Source: a virus. From it: a DNA stretch of 64,000 nt. Under the pieces are notes generated by a model, which searched no databases, was not told where the DNA came from, and saw only the letters and a list, made by a program, of their open reading frames with translations. Shown here piece by piece: positions 47,243 to 56,609 of the stretch (positions are counted from its first letter, which is position 1; every line of letters starts with the position of its first letter). The position numbers and the translations under genes are program-made. The stretch covers positions 1 through 64,000 of IMG/VR virus record IMGVR_UViG_3300036985_010228, one strand, 5' to 3'.

Positions 47243-47836
47243 ATGACCAACCAGAAGGACGACCTCGACGTGCTCTCCAACCTCACCCCCGACCCGGCGC
47301 TCACGCCGCGCATTCACGCGGCGATCGACGCCACCAAGGCGTCCGACCCGACCTACTGGGAGCGTTGCCAAGCGCAGCGTGACCCCCGTTCCCCCGGAGC
47401 CGCAGGGAGCGTCCTCGACCTCCGCCCCGGCTACACGGGCGACCTCGAATCGCTCCTCCGTGCGTGCGAGTGGAGCGAGTACCCCCACCCGGACGTGCTT
47501 CCGATCGCCAAGGCGTTCCGGACGTTCGACCTCCAGGGGCGCATGGGCCTCGTCGCCCTCACCGACCTCCCGGCGGACACCAAGGTCTACCTCCGTGACC
47601 CGAAGGAGACGGGCAAGGCGGAAGCCTGCGTCGTCCACGCGCTCGGCACCCAGGTGCCGTTCGTGACGGCCCTCCTCGGCCCGGCAGAGGGCGGCGGCGA
47701 GTGCCTGTGGACCTTCCACCCTGGCCCGCCGATCATGCCCTCAACGGTCCCGACCCCGCCCGCAAGCGAGGCGGAGATCTCGGCGGCTCAGGCGCTCGCC
47801 CTCGGGCTCAAGTGGGCGAAGTGCGTCGCTGAGTAG
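47243..47836 (+). CDS. Hypothetical protein
   Basis: 197 aa with a WTFHPG motif. Confidence 0.7.
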   Translation: MTNQKDDLDVLSNLTPDPALTPRIHAAIDATKASDPTYWERCQAQRDPRSPGAAGSVLDLRPGYTGDLESLLRACEWSEYPHPDVLPIAKAFRTFDLQGRMGLVALTDLPADTKVYLRDPKETGKAEACVVHALGTQVPFVTALLGPAEGGGECLWTFHPGPPIMPSTVPTPPASEAEISAAQALALGLKWAKCVAE

Positions 47837-47845
47837 AGTCCACCC

Positions 47846-48070
47846 ATGAGGAAGATCCGCCTCCCATGCTACGGGACCGTGACCGGAACGAGCAACTCGG
47901 TCGGGGCGGATTGGTTCGGGGTCTGCGAGAAGTGCGGCCTGCAAGTGACTGTGTCTGGTTTCGGTGCAGCACCACCTCACCTGGTGGAAGTGGCCGTTCC
48001 TGACGAGGTCGCTGAAGCGTTCGTCGCAATCGGTGGTGAGGTCGTCGTCTCGAAGGACGACCTCTCGTGA
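47846..48070 (+). CDS. Small zinc-ribbon-like protein
   Basis: PC...CEKCG...H motif. Confidence 0.5.
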   Translation: MRKIRLPCYGTVTGTSNSVGADWFGVCEKCGLQVTVSGFGAAPPHLVEVAVPDEVAEAFVAIGGEVVVSKDDLS

Positions 48071-48234
48071 TCGACGACCTCCGGCCCAAGGGGACCGTCG
48101 AGGTGACGTGCTCGGTTTCTGGGTGTGATTGGTGCTTCTGGGTGGACGCCCTGGACGAACGGCTACCTGACGGACCGTTCCTCTGTGGGGAACACGATCC
48201 GAAGCCACAGACGCTCCAGAAGTCTCCTGAGTGA
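48067..48234 (+). CDS. Small Cys-rich protein (not in ORF track)
   Basis: Own translation MIDDLRPKGTVEVTCSVSGCDWCFWVDALDERLPDGPFLCGEHDPKPQTLQKSPE; GTGA overlap with the upstream stop. Confidence 0.45.
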   Translation: MIDDLRPKGTVEVTCSVSGCDWCFWVDALDERLPDGPFLCGEHDPKPQTLQKSPE

Positions 48235-48280
48235 GTCGGTGGTTCACTTATAGGCCCACCCTGGGTATAGGGTGAGCCTA

Positions 48281-48451
48281 GTGCCTACCGAGAAGCACGC
48301 TGCGAGGATCTACCTGGACGAGTCGCTGATGGATTGGCTTCGCTCGGAAGCCAAGCGTCGGTGCTGCTCAATCTCCCAGGTCGTCCGAGACCTCATTGTA
48401 GACCGTATCAGTCCGCCTCCCCCCAAGGAGGCAGCCAGTGACCTACGGTGA
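48281..48451 (+). CDS. CopG-like ribbon-helix-helix protein (not in ORF track)
   Basis: Own translation MPTEKHAARIYLDESLMDWLRSEAKRRCCSISQVVRDLIV...: a beta-strand and two helices with the SISQVVR RHH signature. Overlaps the endonuclease start. Confidence 0.7.
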   Translation: MPTEKHAARIYLDESLMDWLRSEAKRRCCSISQVVRDLIVDRISPPPPKEAASDLR

Positions 48452-49379
48452 GGTCTACGTCGTGACGTGCTCTGTGAACGGCAAGCAGTACGTCGGGCAG
48501 ACGACCAGCGGGGCAGAGAAGCGTTGGTACAAGCACCAGCGAGACGCCTGTACAGGGCGTGGGCGCTTGCTTGCCATGGCGATCCGCAAGTACGGCGTCG
48601 AGAACTTCCGAATGGAGGTCGCTGACACAGCAACCAGCCTGGAAGACTTGAACGTCAAGGAGATTGCCTTGATTGCGGGCCTCAACTCTCGCTCCCCACA
48701 TGGCTACAACCTCATGGAAGGCGGTAGCAACGGGAAGCACTCGGAGGAGACCCTGGCGAAGATGCGGGGGCGTGTGCGCTCCCCAGAGGCACGAGCGAAG
48801 ATGCGGCTCGCAAAGCTGGGGACACAACCTTCACCACAGGCTCGTGAAGCTGCCAGGCTTGTGAACCAGACACGGCAGAAGACGCCTCAAGAGATTGGGG
48901 GTACGCGGAAGTCAAACCAAGAGCGTGTCTGGACCTCTGAGATGCGGGAGAAGGCTAGCCTTGCACAGCGAGGTCATAAGCGTTCACCCGAGTCTGTAGA
49001 GAAGACTCGACGGGCACACCTGGGAAAGAAGCTGTCCCCAGAGCACATTGAGAAGACCAGGCAGGCCAATTTGGGTCGAAAGCCTACGGCTGAGACCAGG
49101 TCGAAGATGAGTGAGGCAGCCAGGCGACGCGGGGGAGGTAGCCCTGAGGCACTTGAAGCAATGCGCCAGGCCAGTCTAGGGAGAGTGTGGTCCCCTGAAG
49201 CCAGGGCCAAGCTGAGTGATCGTCTGAAGGGGCTCAAACGATCACCTGAGGCCATTGAGAGGATGCGAGCAGCAAAAGCTGTCACCTCGCCTGAAACACT
49301 GGAACGAATGCAGATTGCAGCGCAGAAGAGGGCACGGCGTCAGCGGGAACTCCGTATGTCTCTGGGGGGTATCAAATGA
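48438..49379 (+). mobile_element. Free-standing GIY-YIG homing endonuclease with NUMOD3-like repeats
   Basis: EVYVVTCSVNGKQYVGQT...RWYKH...AIRKYG...GYNL, then HSEETLAKM and SPEARAKM repeats; atypical codon usage. Confidence 0.9.
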
Positions 49380-50236
49380 GCTTCGGGTGGACAGGCTTCT
49401 TTCGCGCTGGCGCGTGGCAAACTTTCCGACGATTTGTGCTTGACGAGCGACGGGACGTACTCGGGCGAATCGCCGTGATCAACGCTGAGCTTGTCCGGAT
49501 CGGAGAGGTCCGGGTGTTCTACGCCCGGACCGACCCTGACGACCCGAACTCGCCCATGAGCGAGTCGCGGATCGGGTTCGCGGTGGCTACGAACTCCAGC
49601 CTGGAGCGGCTGTTCCAGGCGTACATTGCCCAGGGCGGCAACCCCTTCGACATTTCCATGTTCCTGACGCCGGACTCCTTCGAGACGGTCACGGTGGAGG
49701 ACGACGGGACGATCTCTGAGGTCCGGGAGACGCAACCCTACGGCGGCATTCTGTCGCCGCGCACGGCGGACCCTGCGACGCCCGGCCTCTACACGGGCGG
49801 CTGGCTCCCCCTGTGGCGCTACCCTCCCCGCAAGTTTGGCAACAATATCACCCACGTCTCCGAGTCCGCCGAAATGACCCCGGCGATCAACGCTGCCCGT
49901 GATTGGCTCTCCCAGGAGATCCGCACGAAGCGCAACGACCTCGAAGCCCGGATCCTCAAGCTCTGCGACCTCCGCGAGCAACTGATCAGGGAGCGGGACG
50001 AGATCCTCCCCCAAGCTGTGGGTGGGGTCATTGCGGGCGTTCCGTTCGGGGACAGCTTCGCGATCTCCTTCCACGTCTCGTCGATCACGAAGTCGATCGA
50101 CGAGATCTTCTACCCGCTCCAGGAGGACGGCACCTACGACTTCCTCACCCCCCGAGCGACGGCCCCCAACCCTCCGTACCCTGTCCTCCTGGAGGACGCG
50201 GACACGGGCGAAGAAGATTGGACAGGTCTGGGGTGA
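49376..50236 (+). CDS. Hypothetical, probably baseplate-region structural protein
   Basis: 286 aa upstream of the gp25-like gene. Confidence 0.65.
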   Translation: MSFGWTGFFRAGAWQTFRRFVLDERRDVLGRIAVINAELVRIGEVRVFYARTDPDDPNSPMSESRIGFAVATNSSLERLFQAYIAQGGNPFDISMFLTPDSFETVTVEDDGTISEVRETQPYGGILSPRTADPATPGLYTGGWLPLWRYPPRKFGNNITHVSESAEMTPAINAARDWLSQEIRTKRNDLEARILKLCDLREQLIRERDEILPQAVGGVIAGVPFGDSFAISFHVSSITKSIDEIFYPLQEDGTYDFLTPRATAPNPPYPVLLEDADTGEEDWTGLG

Positions 50237-50303
50237 CCCTGAGGCAGCAGCGACACCCGGTTTTCTTAGCTCCCTGGGCCAATCCCAGGGGCGAGGAGAA
50301 CCT

Positions 50304-50480
50304 GTGTCCCGCACCCGTCACCACCGCTCGCAGAAGCATGGGTTCACGTCCGGACGTGAACCCGCCTGGTATCGCCGTCAGCACATGAGGCTCTGGAGGG
50401 CTCGCTGCAACCACCTCACCCGTCTCGGGAAGTACGACGTGCTGCCCCTCTCTCGGGAGCGGTACGGCTGGTACTGGTGA
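50304..50480 (+). CDS. Small basic Arg/Trp-rich protein
   Basis: GAGGAG Shine-Dalgarno 6 nt before GTG; MSRTRHHRSQKHG...WYRRQHMRLWRAR...YGWYW. Confidence 0.55.
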   Translation: MSRTRHHRSQKHGFTSGREPAWYRRQHMRLWRARCNHLTRLGKYDVLPLSRERYGWYW

Positions 50481-50522
50481 GGCTTGGCGTTTCGCCCTAT
50501 CACCGCACGGGAAAGAGAGCCC

Positions 50523-51635
50523 ATGTCGCGTGACGTTCAACTGGCTGTGCCCTGCCCTCATATCATTGGGGAGGAGCGCACCGTTCTGTCGGCTGACCGG
50601 GTCACGCTTCAGACGAAGAAGCCGATCTCGGGGATCGGCCTGCTCCAGGTGGTCGTGAACGACCAGTACCCGGTGAGCCCCTCGATCGGGATTCAGTCCT
50701 CCGGGTCGCTGACCTCCGGCAAGGCTGAGCCGTACCTGATTACGCCCGGCCTCAACGACCTGCTCGTCAGGACCCAGGACAGGTCCGTCGCGCTCAATCT
50801 GCCGACTGGATACCAGAGCGCGGCGGCCTTGGCTGCGGTCCTCAATGCAGCGGTCGCCGACCCAAAGGGCCGCCCGTTCATGGTGGCCTCGGTCGTCAAC
50901 GGCGTCCTCAATCTCAAGGAGAACACCTCCTTCGGGACGACCTCCCAGGTGCGCGTCAGCGGTGGGGCGACCGACGGCCTCGGGTTCTTGGACCAGGTGG
51001 GTGCAGTCGGGCAGGTCGTCATGCCGCCCTTCAACCTCTTCAGCCTGAGCTACCAAGACCCGGAAGGCGTCTTCGAGAACGGCTACTTCATTCAGTTCGA
51101 GAGCCCTGTCCGGGCCAACTACTACTTCGGGATCACCTATCAGGTGGTCTGGCACCAATGCCTTCGGTGCCGTGGGACAGAGGTCGAGAACGACTGGCGC
51201 TTCGACGTGGACGGGGCACCGCTCGTCGTCCGCAACGACAACCTGCTCTACCAGTCGTGCCTGAAGATCCTGCTCACCGAACTCAAGTCGAATATCTACT
51301 ACCCCTGGTACGGGGCAGGGCTCATGAGCCTGATCGGCTCGAAGTCGAACGCTGCGTCCGCCGTCAATATCAGGCAGGCTGTGCAGCAGGCGCTCTCGAC
51401 GCTCCAGAACCTCCAGAACCAGCAGTCCAAGTACCAGAAGATCTCCCCCAAGGAGCGCCTCTACTCTGTGGACAACATCGGTGTGAAGCAGTCCCCTTCG
51501 GACCCAACAGTCTTTCTGGTGGACGTTTCGGTGAGGAACTACGCCATGTCTCCGATTGACATTACGATCGTCTACACAGCCCCTGGAGCCTATGCGCTTC
51601 CTGGGACAAACAAGCTGTCTTTGGGGAGCTTCTGA
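50523..51635 (+). CDS. Baseplate wedge protein, gp25/GPW-like C-terminal domain
   Basis: LYQSCLKILLTELKSNIYYPWYGAGLMSLIG...IRQAVQQAL pattern; immediately precedes the baseplate J-like gene. Confidence 0.75.
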   Translation: MSRDVQLAVPCPHIIGEERTVLSADRVTLQTKKPISGIGLLQVVVNDQYPVSPSIGIQSSGSLTSGKAEPYLITPGLNDLLVRTQDRSVALNLPTGYQSAAALAAVLNAAVADPKGRPFMVASVVNGVLNLKENTSFGTTSQVRVSGGATDGLGFLDQVGAVGQVVMPPFNLFSLSYQDPEGVFENGYFIQFESPVRANYYFGITYQVVWHQCLRCRGTEVENDWRFDVDGAPLVVRNDNLLYQSCLKILLTELKSNIYYPWYGAGLMSLIGSKSNAASAVNIRQAVQQALSTLQNLQNQQSKYQKISPKERLYSVDNIGVKQSPSDPTVFLVDVSVRNYAMSPIDITIVYTAPGAYALPGTNKLSLGSF

Positions 51636-54600
51636 ATGACGCTCAAGGTACTCGCTCCGGACGGAACCTACGGGACTGCGGTGGCCTTCTCGACCACCAC
51701 CACGTCGAGGTTCTTCACCGGCACAATCAACTCCGACACGGCAGACCTCGAAGTCTCGATCCGTGGTGGCGGCTTCACGTCCGACCCCGCAATGGTGTCG
51801 TTCTCGGCGGCTGGGTGGATCGTCCCCAATCCGACCTCCTATCCGAACGGCCTCGACCTGTTCTCCGGCGAGAACCTCGTCGAGGTGCGGTCTGTGCCGC
51901 TCTCGGGCGTCCCCTCGGCTCCGGTCACAGCGTCGGTCTACCTGCTCGCTTCTTCGGTGGTTCAGTCGATCGAGACACCGACTGCGATCACCGTCGAGCG
52001 TCTCGACAGCGCAGTGAACGTGTCGGTGCAGGGGCTCACTGACCCGACGGTCACTGGGTACAACTTCTACGCCTCGGCTACTGCGGGCGGCGGCACCGTC
52101 GGGTACTCCCGTGTCAACGCCCAGCCCGTCTCGATCCCGGTGAAGAAGGAGAGCACCGTCTCCCTCTACAACCTGACCAGCAAGAACGTCACTCAGAGCG
52201 TGGTCCCGCTGTACGTCCGGGCGCTGATCACTCAGGAGAACCTGGCCCAGGTCACCCTGGAAACGGACGTGGACTCGGCGGTTCAGATCCCCGACACCGT
52301 CTCGCAGATCCAAGTGGACGTGTCGATCTCCTCCCTGGAGCAGACCTCCTTCTTCGAGTTCCTGCACAACCGGAAGTACAACCTCTCGTCTGTCCCCTCG
52401 ACCATTCCGGTGGGGTCGTTCTCGGTCCTCCCCTCGACCGAGCCCCTCTACTACGTCGTGACGGCGATCTTCTTCAACCCGGTCTCGCAGGTCGAGTACG
52501 AGTCGAGCTACTCCCAAGAGGTCGTGGCGAGCCCGATCGACGTTCGTATCTCGACGCAGAGCATTCCGGCGGTCAGCCGCCAGCAGATCCTCCAGAACTC
52601 GGTCGCCTCGATCTACCGCAAGGACAAGGACATTGCGGTCCAGCCGGGCTCGGTCGTCAGGGACACCGTCCTCGACCCGTTCTCGACAGAAGCCGAGCGT
52701 ATCCGGTTCCTGCTCGACTTCATTTACCGGGCGTCGTCGTTCGACACGCTCCTAGCGATCGACGACCCGACAGGCAGCGGCGTCTCGATCCCACCCGCCT
52801 CGTCGAGCTACAAGATCGCACTCTCGAAGGCGCTCTACCTGGCGAACCCAACCCTCGTCCAGACGGTCATTGACGGGGCGTTCGACAAGCTCGCAGCCAA
52901 CTTCGGCGTGACCCGCACCCCTGGACAGCGGGCGATCGGCGAGGTCCGCTTCTACACGGCGACCACACCGACGGTCACGCTTCAGGCCCAGCTTGGAACT
53001 CTCCTCTCGGCGGGCGGCGTGTCATTCAGGTCCTCGCGCATTGCGGAGATCCCACTCGACCGGCTGGCCTCCTTCTACAACCCCTCGACCGGCCAGTACT
53101 CGATCATTGTCCCCGCACAGGCTGTGAGCCCAGGGTCGGCGGGAAACGTCGGCCCACGGCAGATCTCCTCGGGGGCTCCGTTCGGTCTCTCGGTCACCAA
53201 CGACAACGCCTTCTTCGGCGGCACCAACGCACAGAGCAACGCCGAACTCGCGGCGCTCGCACGAGGCTCTCTCTCCTCGGTCGATACCGGCACGACGCAG
53301 GGCTACTACCAGACGGCTGCGAAGGTCCCTGGTCTCGTCCAGGCCAAGGTCGTCGAGGCGGGCAACCCGCTCATGCAGCGGGACTACGACCCGGCGACCG
53401 GGACGCATATCGGCGGCAAGGTGGACGTGTGGGCGCAGGGGCAGCGGCTCGCCACGGTCACGGACGTGTTCGCCTTCACGTTCATTCGGAAGCGGGACGT
53501 GCAGTTCGTGGTCCTCGGCGACCCTGGGGCGCTTCAGTTCCAGGCGCTCGACCCCGACCTCTCCACCACGAACCCGCTCACCGAAATGCTCGACTACCCG
53601 TCGATCGGGCTTGGGCTCAGGAACGCGACCTCGGGGCTCACCTACAACCTCGCGGGCGTCACCTACCTCAACTACAACACGATCAAGCTCTCGCTCGACG
53701 TGCCCCAGCCGTTCGAGCTACCGACCCTGACTGACGTGATCCTCGGGGACTACCGGTACAGGACGGGCGAGAAGTTCGTCTTCACTCGGCAGCCCGTGGA
53801 GAGCCTCACTACGGTCGTCGGAGAGGCGTCCGGGACGCTCGACCCTTCGATCTACTCCCTCGTCCACCCGAACTCGCCGCTGGCGCTGGGGCGGTCCACG
53901 AAGGCCGGAGACTACCTTCAGATCACGGGGAGCGCAGACCCGACGCTCTCGATCCCGACAGGGACGATCCTCGCTGTCACGAACGAGTCCCACGTCATTG
54001 TCGGGGAGTACTTCGAGTACGTCCTCCGGCTCGGGGCCGACTCACTGACCGTGAAGGTCACGAACTCGACGGGCACTGTTACCTACGCGAGTCCGTTCGT
54101 CTCCTCGACCCCCGACTACACGATCGTCGAGGGTGACCAGACCAACCCGCTGGGGATCAAGCGCACGTCTACGAGCGCGATCTCGGACGGCCAGACGGTC
54201 CTGATCAGCTACAACTACGACGAGAACTTCACCGTCACCTATCAGACCAATCTGATCACGAGCGCCCTCCAGCTAGCTCTCGACGAGACCAAGCACGGCA
54301 CGGCAGACGTGCTCGGGAAGGGCGGGGTCCCCGTCCCGGTGGACCTGACGGCGACGATCGTTCTTCGGCGCGGGTTCCAGCAGAGCACGGTGGACACTAG
54401 GATCCGCACGAACCTCGGCCTGCTGATCGCCGGGCTCCGCATGGGCGTGCCGCTTCGTCGGTCGGACGTGGTGAACGTCCTCGACTCGGTGGGCGGCGTC
54501 TCCTACGTCGTGCTGCCCATGACGAAAATGGTCCGATCGTTCGGCTCCCAGGTCGTCAAGGACAGCGTCAACTCCAGCCAGATCGGGGACGCCTTCCGCG

Positions 54601-55064
54601 TTGACCTGTGGTCGGACGCGCTCAACTCGGTCTGGCTCCTGACCGACCAACTGACGGCAGCAACCACGACCGGCGGAGGCCCCGTGGGGAACTTCCGGGG
54701 CGTCTTCCAGGACGACGCAGCCATGGTTCTTCAGACCAGCCTGCCCGCGCAGCTTCGCGAGGCCCCCGGTCGCGCCTTCATTATCGGCAACGAGGGCGCT
54801 GTGATCCCCAACTACAGCGACGACTCGACGCTCTACTCTCAGGGGTATATCACCCCGACCGACATTGCGAACCGTCGCCAAGCGATCACGCAGAACCGGG
54901 TCATGGTCTCCCTTCAGATCGGGGACGCCCCGTCCAACCACACCTACTGGGCGACCTACACGGTCGCCTTCGAGACCGGTGAGAAGGACATTGTGCCCTC
55001 CGGCGCTGAGTACCTGACCCCCGGCGTCTTCACGTTCACCTATTCGGAGGACAAGTCGGACTAG
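51636..55064 (+). CDS. Baseplate J/gp47-like wedge protein, enlarged (1142 aa)
   Basis: PGSVVRD, FDKLAANFGVTR...AIGEVRF, AVSPGSAGNV, GGTNAQSNAEL and GGKVDVWAQG are baseplate J hallmarks. Confidence 0.85.
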   Translation: MTLKVLAPDGTYGTAVAFSTTTTSRFFTGTINSDTADLEVSIRGGGFTSDPAMVSFSAAGWIVPNPTSYPNGLDLFSGENLVEVRSVPLSGVPSAPVTASVYLLASSVVQSIETPTAITVERLDSAVNVSVQGLTDPTVTGYNFYASATAGGGTVGYSRVNAQPVSIPVKKESTVSLYNLTSKNVTQSVVPLYVRALITQENLAQVTLETDVDSAVQIPDTVSQIQVDVSISSLEQTSFFEFLHNRKYNLSSVPSTIPVGSFSVLPSTEPLYYVVTAIFFNPVSQVEYESSYSQEVVASPIDVRISTQSIPAVSRQQILQNSVASIYRKDKDIAVQPGSVVRDTVLDPFSTEAERIRFLLDFIYRASSFDTLLAIDDPTGSGVSIPPASSSYKIALSKALYLANPTLVQTVIDGAFDKLAANFGVTRTPGQRAIGEVRFYTATTPTVTLQAQLGTLLSAGGVSFRSSRIAEIPLDRLASFYNPSTGQYSIIVPAQAVSPGSAGNVGPRQISSGAPFGLSVTNDNAFFGGTNAQSNAELAALARGSLSSVDTGTTQGYYQTAAKVPGLVQAKVVEAGNPLMQRDYDPATGTHIGGKVDVWAQGQRLATVTDVFAFTFIRKRDVQFVVLGDPGALQFQALDPDLSTTNPLTEMLDYPSIGLGLRNATSGLTYNLAGVTYLNYNTIKLSLDVPQPFELPTLTDVILGDYRYRTGEKFVFTRQPVESLTTVVGEASGTLDPSIYSLVHPNSPLALGRSTKAGDYLQITGSADPTLSIPTGTILAVTNESHVIVGEYFEYVLRLGADSLTVKVTNSTGTVTYASPFVSSTPDYTIVEGDQTNPLGIKRTSTSAISDGQTVLISYNYDENFTVTYQTNLITSALQLALDETKHGTADVLGKGGVPVPVDLTATIVLRRGFQQSTVDTRIRTNLGLLIAGLRMGVPLRRSDVVNVLDSVGGVSYVVLPMTKMVRSFGSQVVKDSVNSSQIGDAFRVDLWSDALNSVWLLTDQLTAATTTGGGPVGNFRGVFQDDAAMVLQTSLPAQLREAPGRAFIIGNEGAVIPNYSDDSTLYSQGYITPTDIANRRQAITQNRVMVSLQIGDAPSNHTYWATYTVAFETGEKDIVPSGAEYLTPGVFTFTYSEDKSD

Positions 55065-55097
55065 ACCTCACGCTCTGACTGGGCTACAGTTCGTGGC

Positions 55098-55976
55098 ATG
55101 AGGTTCAACTACGGCGGCAAGGCAAACCTGGGTGGGATCTACAGGATCCTCAATCTCGTGAACGGGCGCTTCTACATAGGGAGCACGTTCCGATTCAAGA
55201 CCCGGTGGCCTCAGCATGAGTATGCCCTGCGAAGAGGAGCCCACTCCAACCGAGCCCTTCAAGGCGACTTCCACGAGTCAGGAACTGACGCTTTTGCGAT
55301 TGAGGTTGTGCAGGTGGTGCTTGAAGGGAAGGAGGCACGAATTGCTCTCGAAGAGGATATGCTCGCCTCCCACTTTGACAGCCAAATCCTTTGCTACAAC
55401 GCAACCGTCAAGTGCCCACCCTCTCAAGAAGGCTTGAGGAAAGGACCCTGCCCAGCAGGGACAAAGGCAAAGATCCGCGCCGCGAAGATAGGGGCTGACA
55501 AGCCAACCCGAGAAGTTATCGAGAGGCGCAGGGTTGGGATCCGTGCCGCCTATGCAGAGAGGGGTGACGTGATTCGTGAGAAGCTCAAGGCGGTCCACCT
55601 GGGGTCAAATCGCCCGGAGTCCACGAGGGAGAAAATGCGCGAGGCGTGGGTTCGCCGAAAGGCGAGGGCTGCCCAGCCTGGCCTCCCACTCGTCTCTGAC
55701 GCACAACGTGAACAACTCCGTGCGGTCTACACGACTGAGGAGTCGGTGGCAAAGTTCAAGGCTCGGATGGGGACGGAAGAGATCAAAGCGAAGCGCGTTG
55801 AGTCCTGGAAGAAGGTCCGCCCACGAGGCACGAAGAGGACACCCACCCCTGAAAGGACCAAGGAGAAGATTCGTGCCTCAAAGATTGGGAAGCCACGCAC
55901 GGAGGCCGCCAAAGCTGCCATGCGGGCCGGACACGCGAGGCGTCGAGAGCGTCTAGCGTCTGAAGACCGGACCTGA
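55098..55976 (+). mobile_element. Free-standing GIY-YIG homing endonuclease with NUMOD3-like repeats
   Basis: GGIYRILNLVNGRFYIGST...RWPQH...HSNRALQ...CYN, followed by ESTREKMREA and TKEKIRASKIG repeats. Confidence 0.9.
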
Positions 55977-56107
55977 CACCTCCGTCTGGGGGTGTGACTT
56001 CACTCACCCTGCCACAGGACGCACCAGACCACCACTCGCCGCCCCAGACGGCACCAGACGGCACTGGAGCGTCAGGTGGTGTGAAGTCAAAAGGTGTAAC
56101 ATGGGGG

Positions 56108-56518
56108 ATGAAGAACGAGGACAATGTGTGTGGCTTCTGCCGCCGATCTTTCCACACCCCCCAGGCAAAGGACGCCCATGTACACTGGTGCCATCACCAA
56201 TGCTCGGTCTGTAAAGTCATCCTCAAAACTGCAAGCTCCCTGATGAATCACTGGGGTAGGTGTCACCCACAATGTCCGAAGTGTGTGAAAACCGGCAACT
56301 GCGATCACTTCGAGAGCCACAAGGCTTTGGTGGAGCACTACCTGAAGGAACACCCAGAGGTGGCGGCTCCGGCGAAGCCACGGCCTCTCTTTTTCCGCTG
56401 CCCCGTTTGCAAAAAGAAGTTCCCGGCAGAGCAGGGTATGAAGGACCACCATCGGTTCGTGCATACCAAGGTGGCCGCAGTTGGCGATCAGGAACACCCC
56501 GAGAAGAGCCTTGGGTGA
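56108..56518 (+). CDS. Protein with four C2H2-type zinc fingers
   Basis: CGFC..SF......AH....H; CSVC.......LMNH....H; CPKC...F.....LVEH....H; CPVC.KKF......KDH....H. Confidence 0.75.
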   Translation: MKNEDNVCGFCRRSFHTPQAKDAHVHWCHHQCSVCKVILKTASSLMNHWGRCHPQCPKCVKTGNCDHFESHKALVEHYLKEHPEVAAPAKPRPLFFRCPVCKKKFPAEQGMKDHHRFVHTKVAAVGDQEHPEKSLG

Positions 56519-56609
56519 TTCTACCGAACTTCGACCAGGTCGTGAACAGGTAGCGCCCCGCCTACCAAGGGCTGTGCGGTTCTCCTCCTCTCGGGCAGAG
56601 AGGTAGAGC

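Noticed and set aside
48438-55976. Group I introns or inteins hosting the GIY-YIG genes
   Set aside because: Flanking genes appear complete with their own starts and stops, and I could not identify intron core elements or intein termini.
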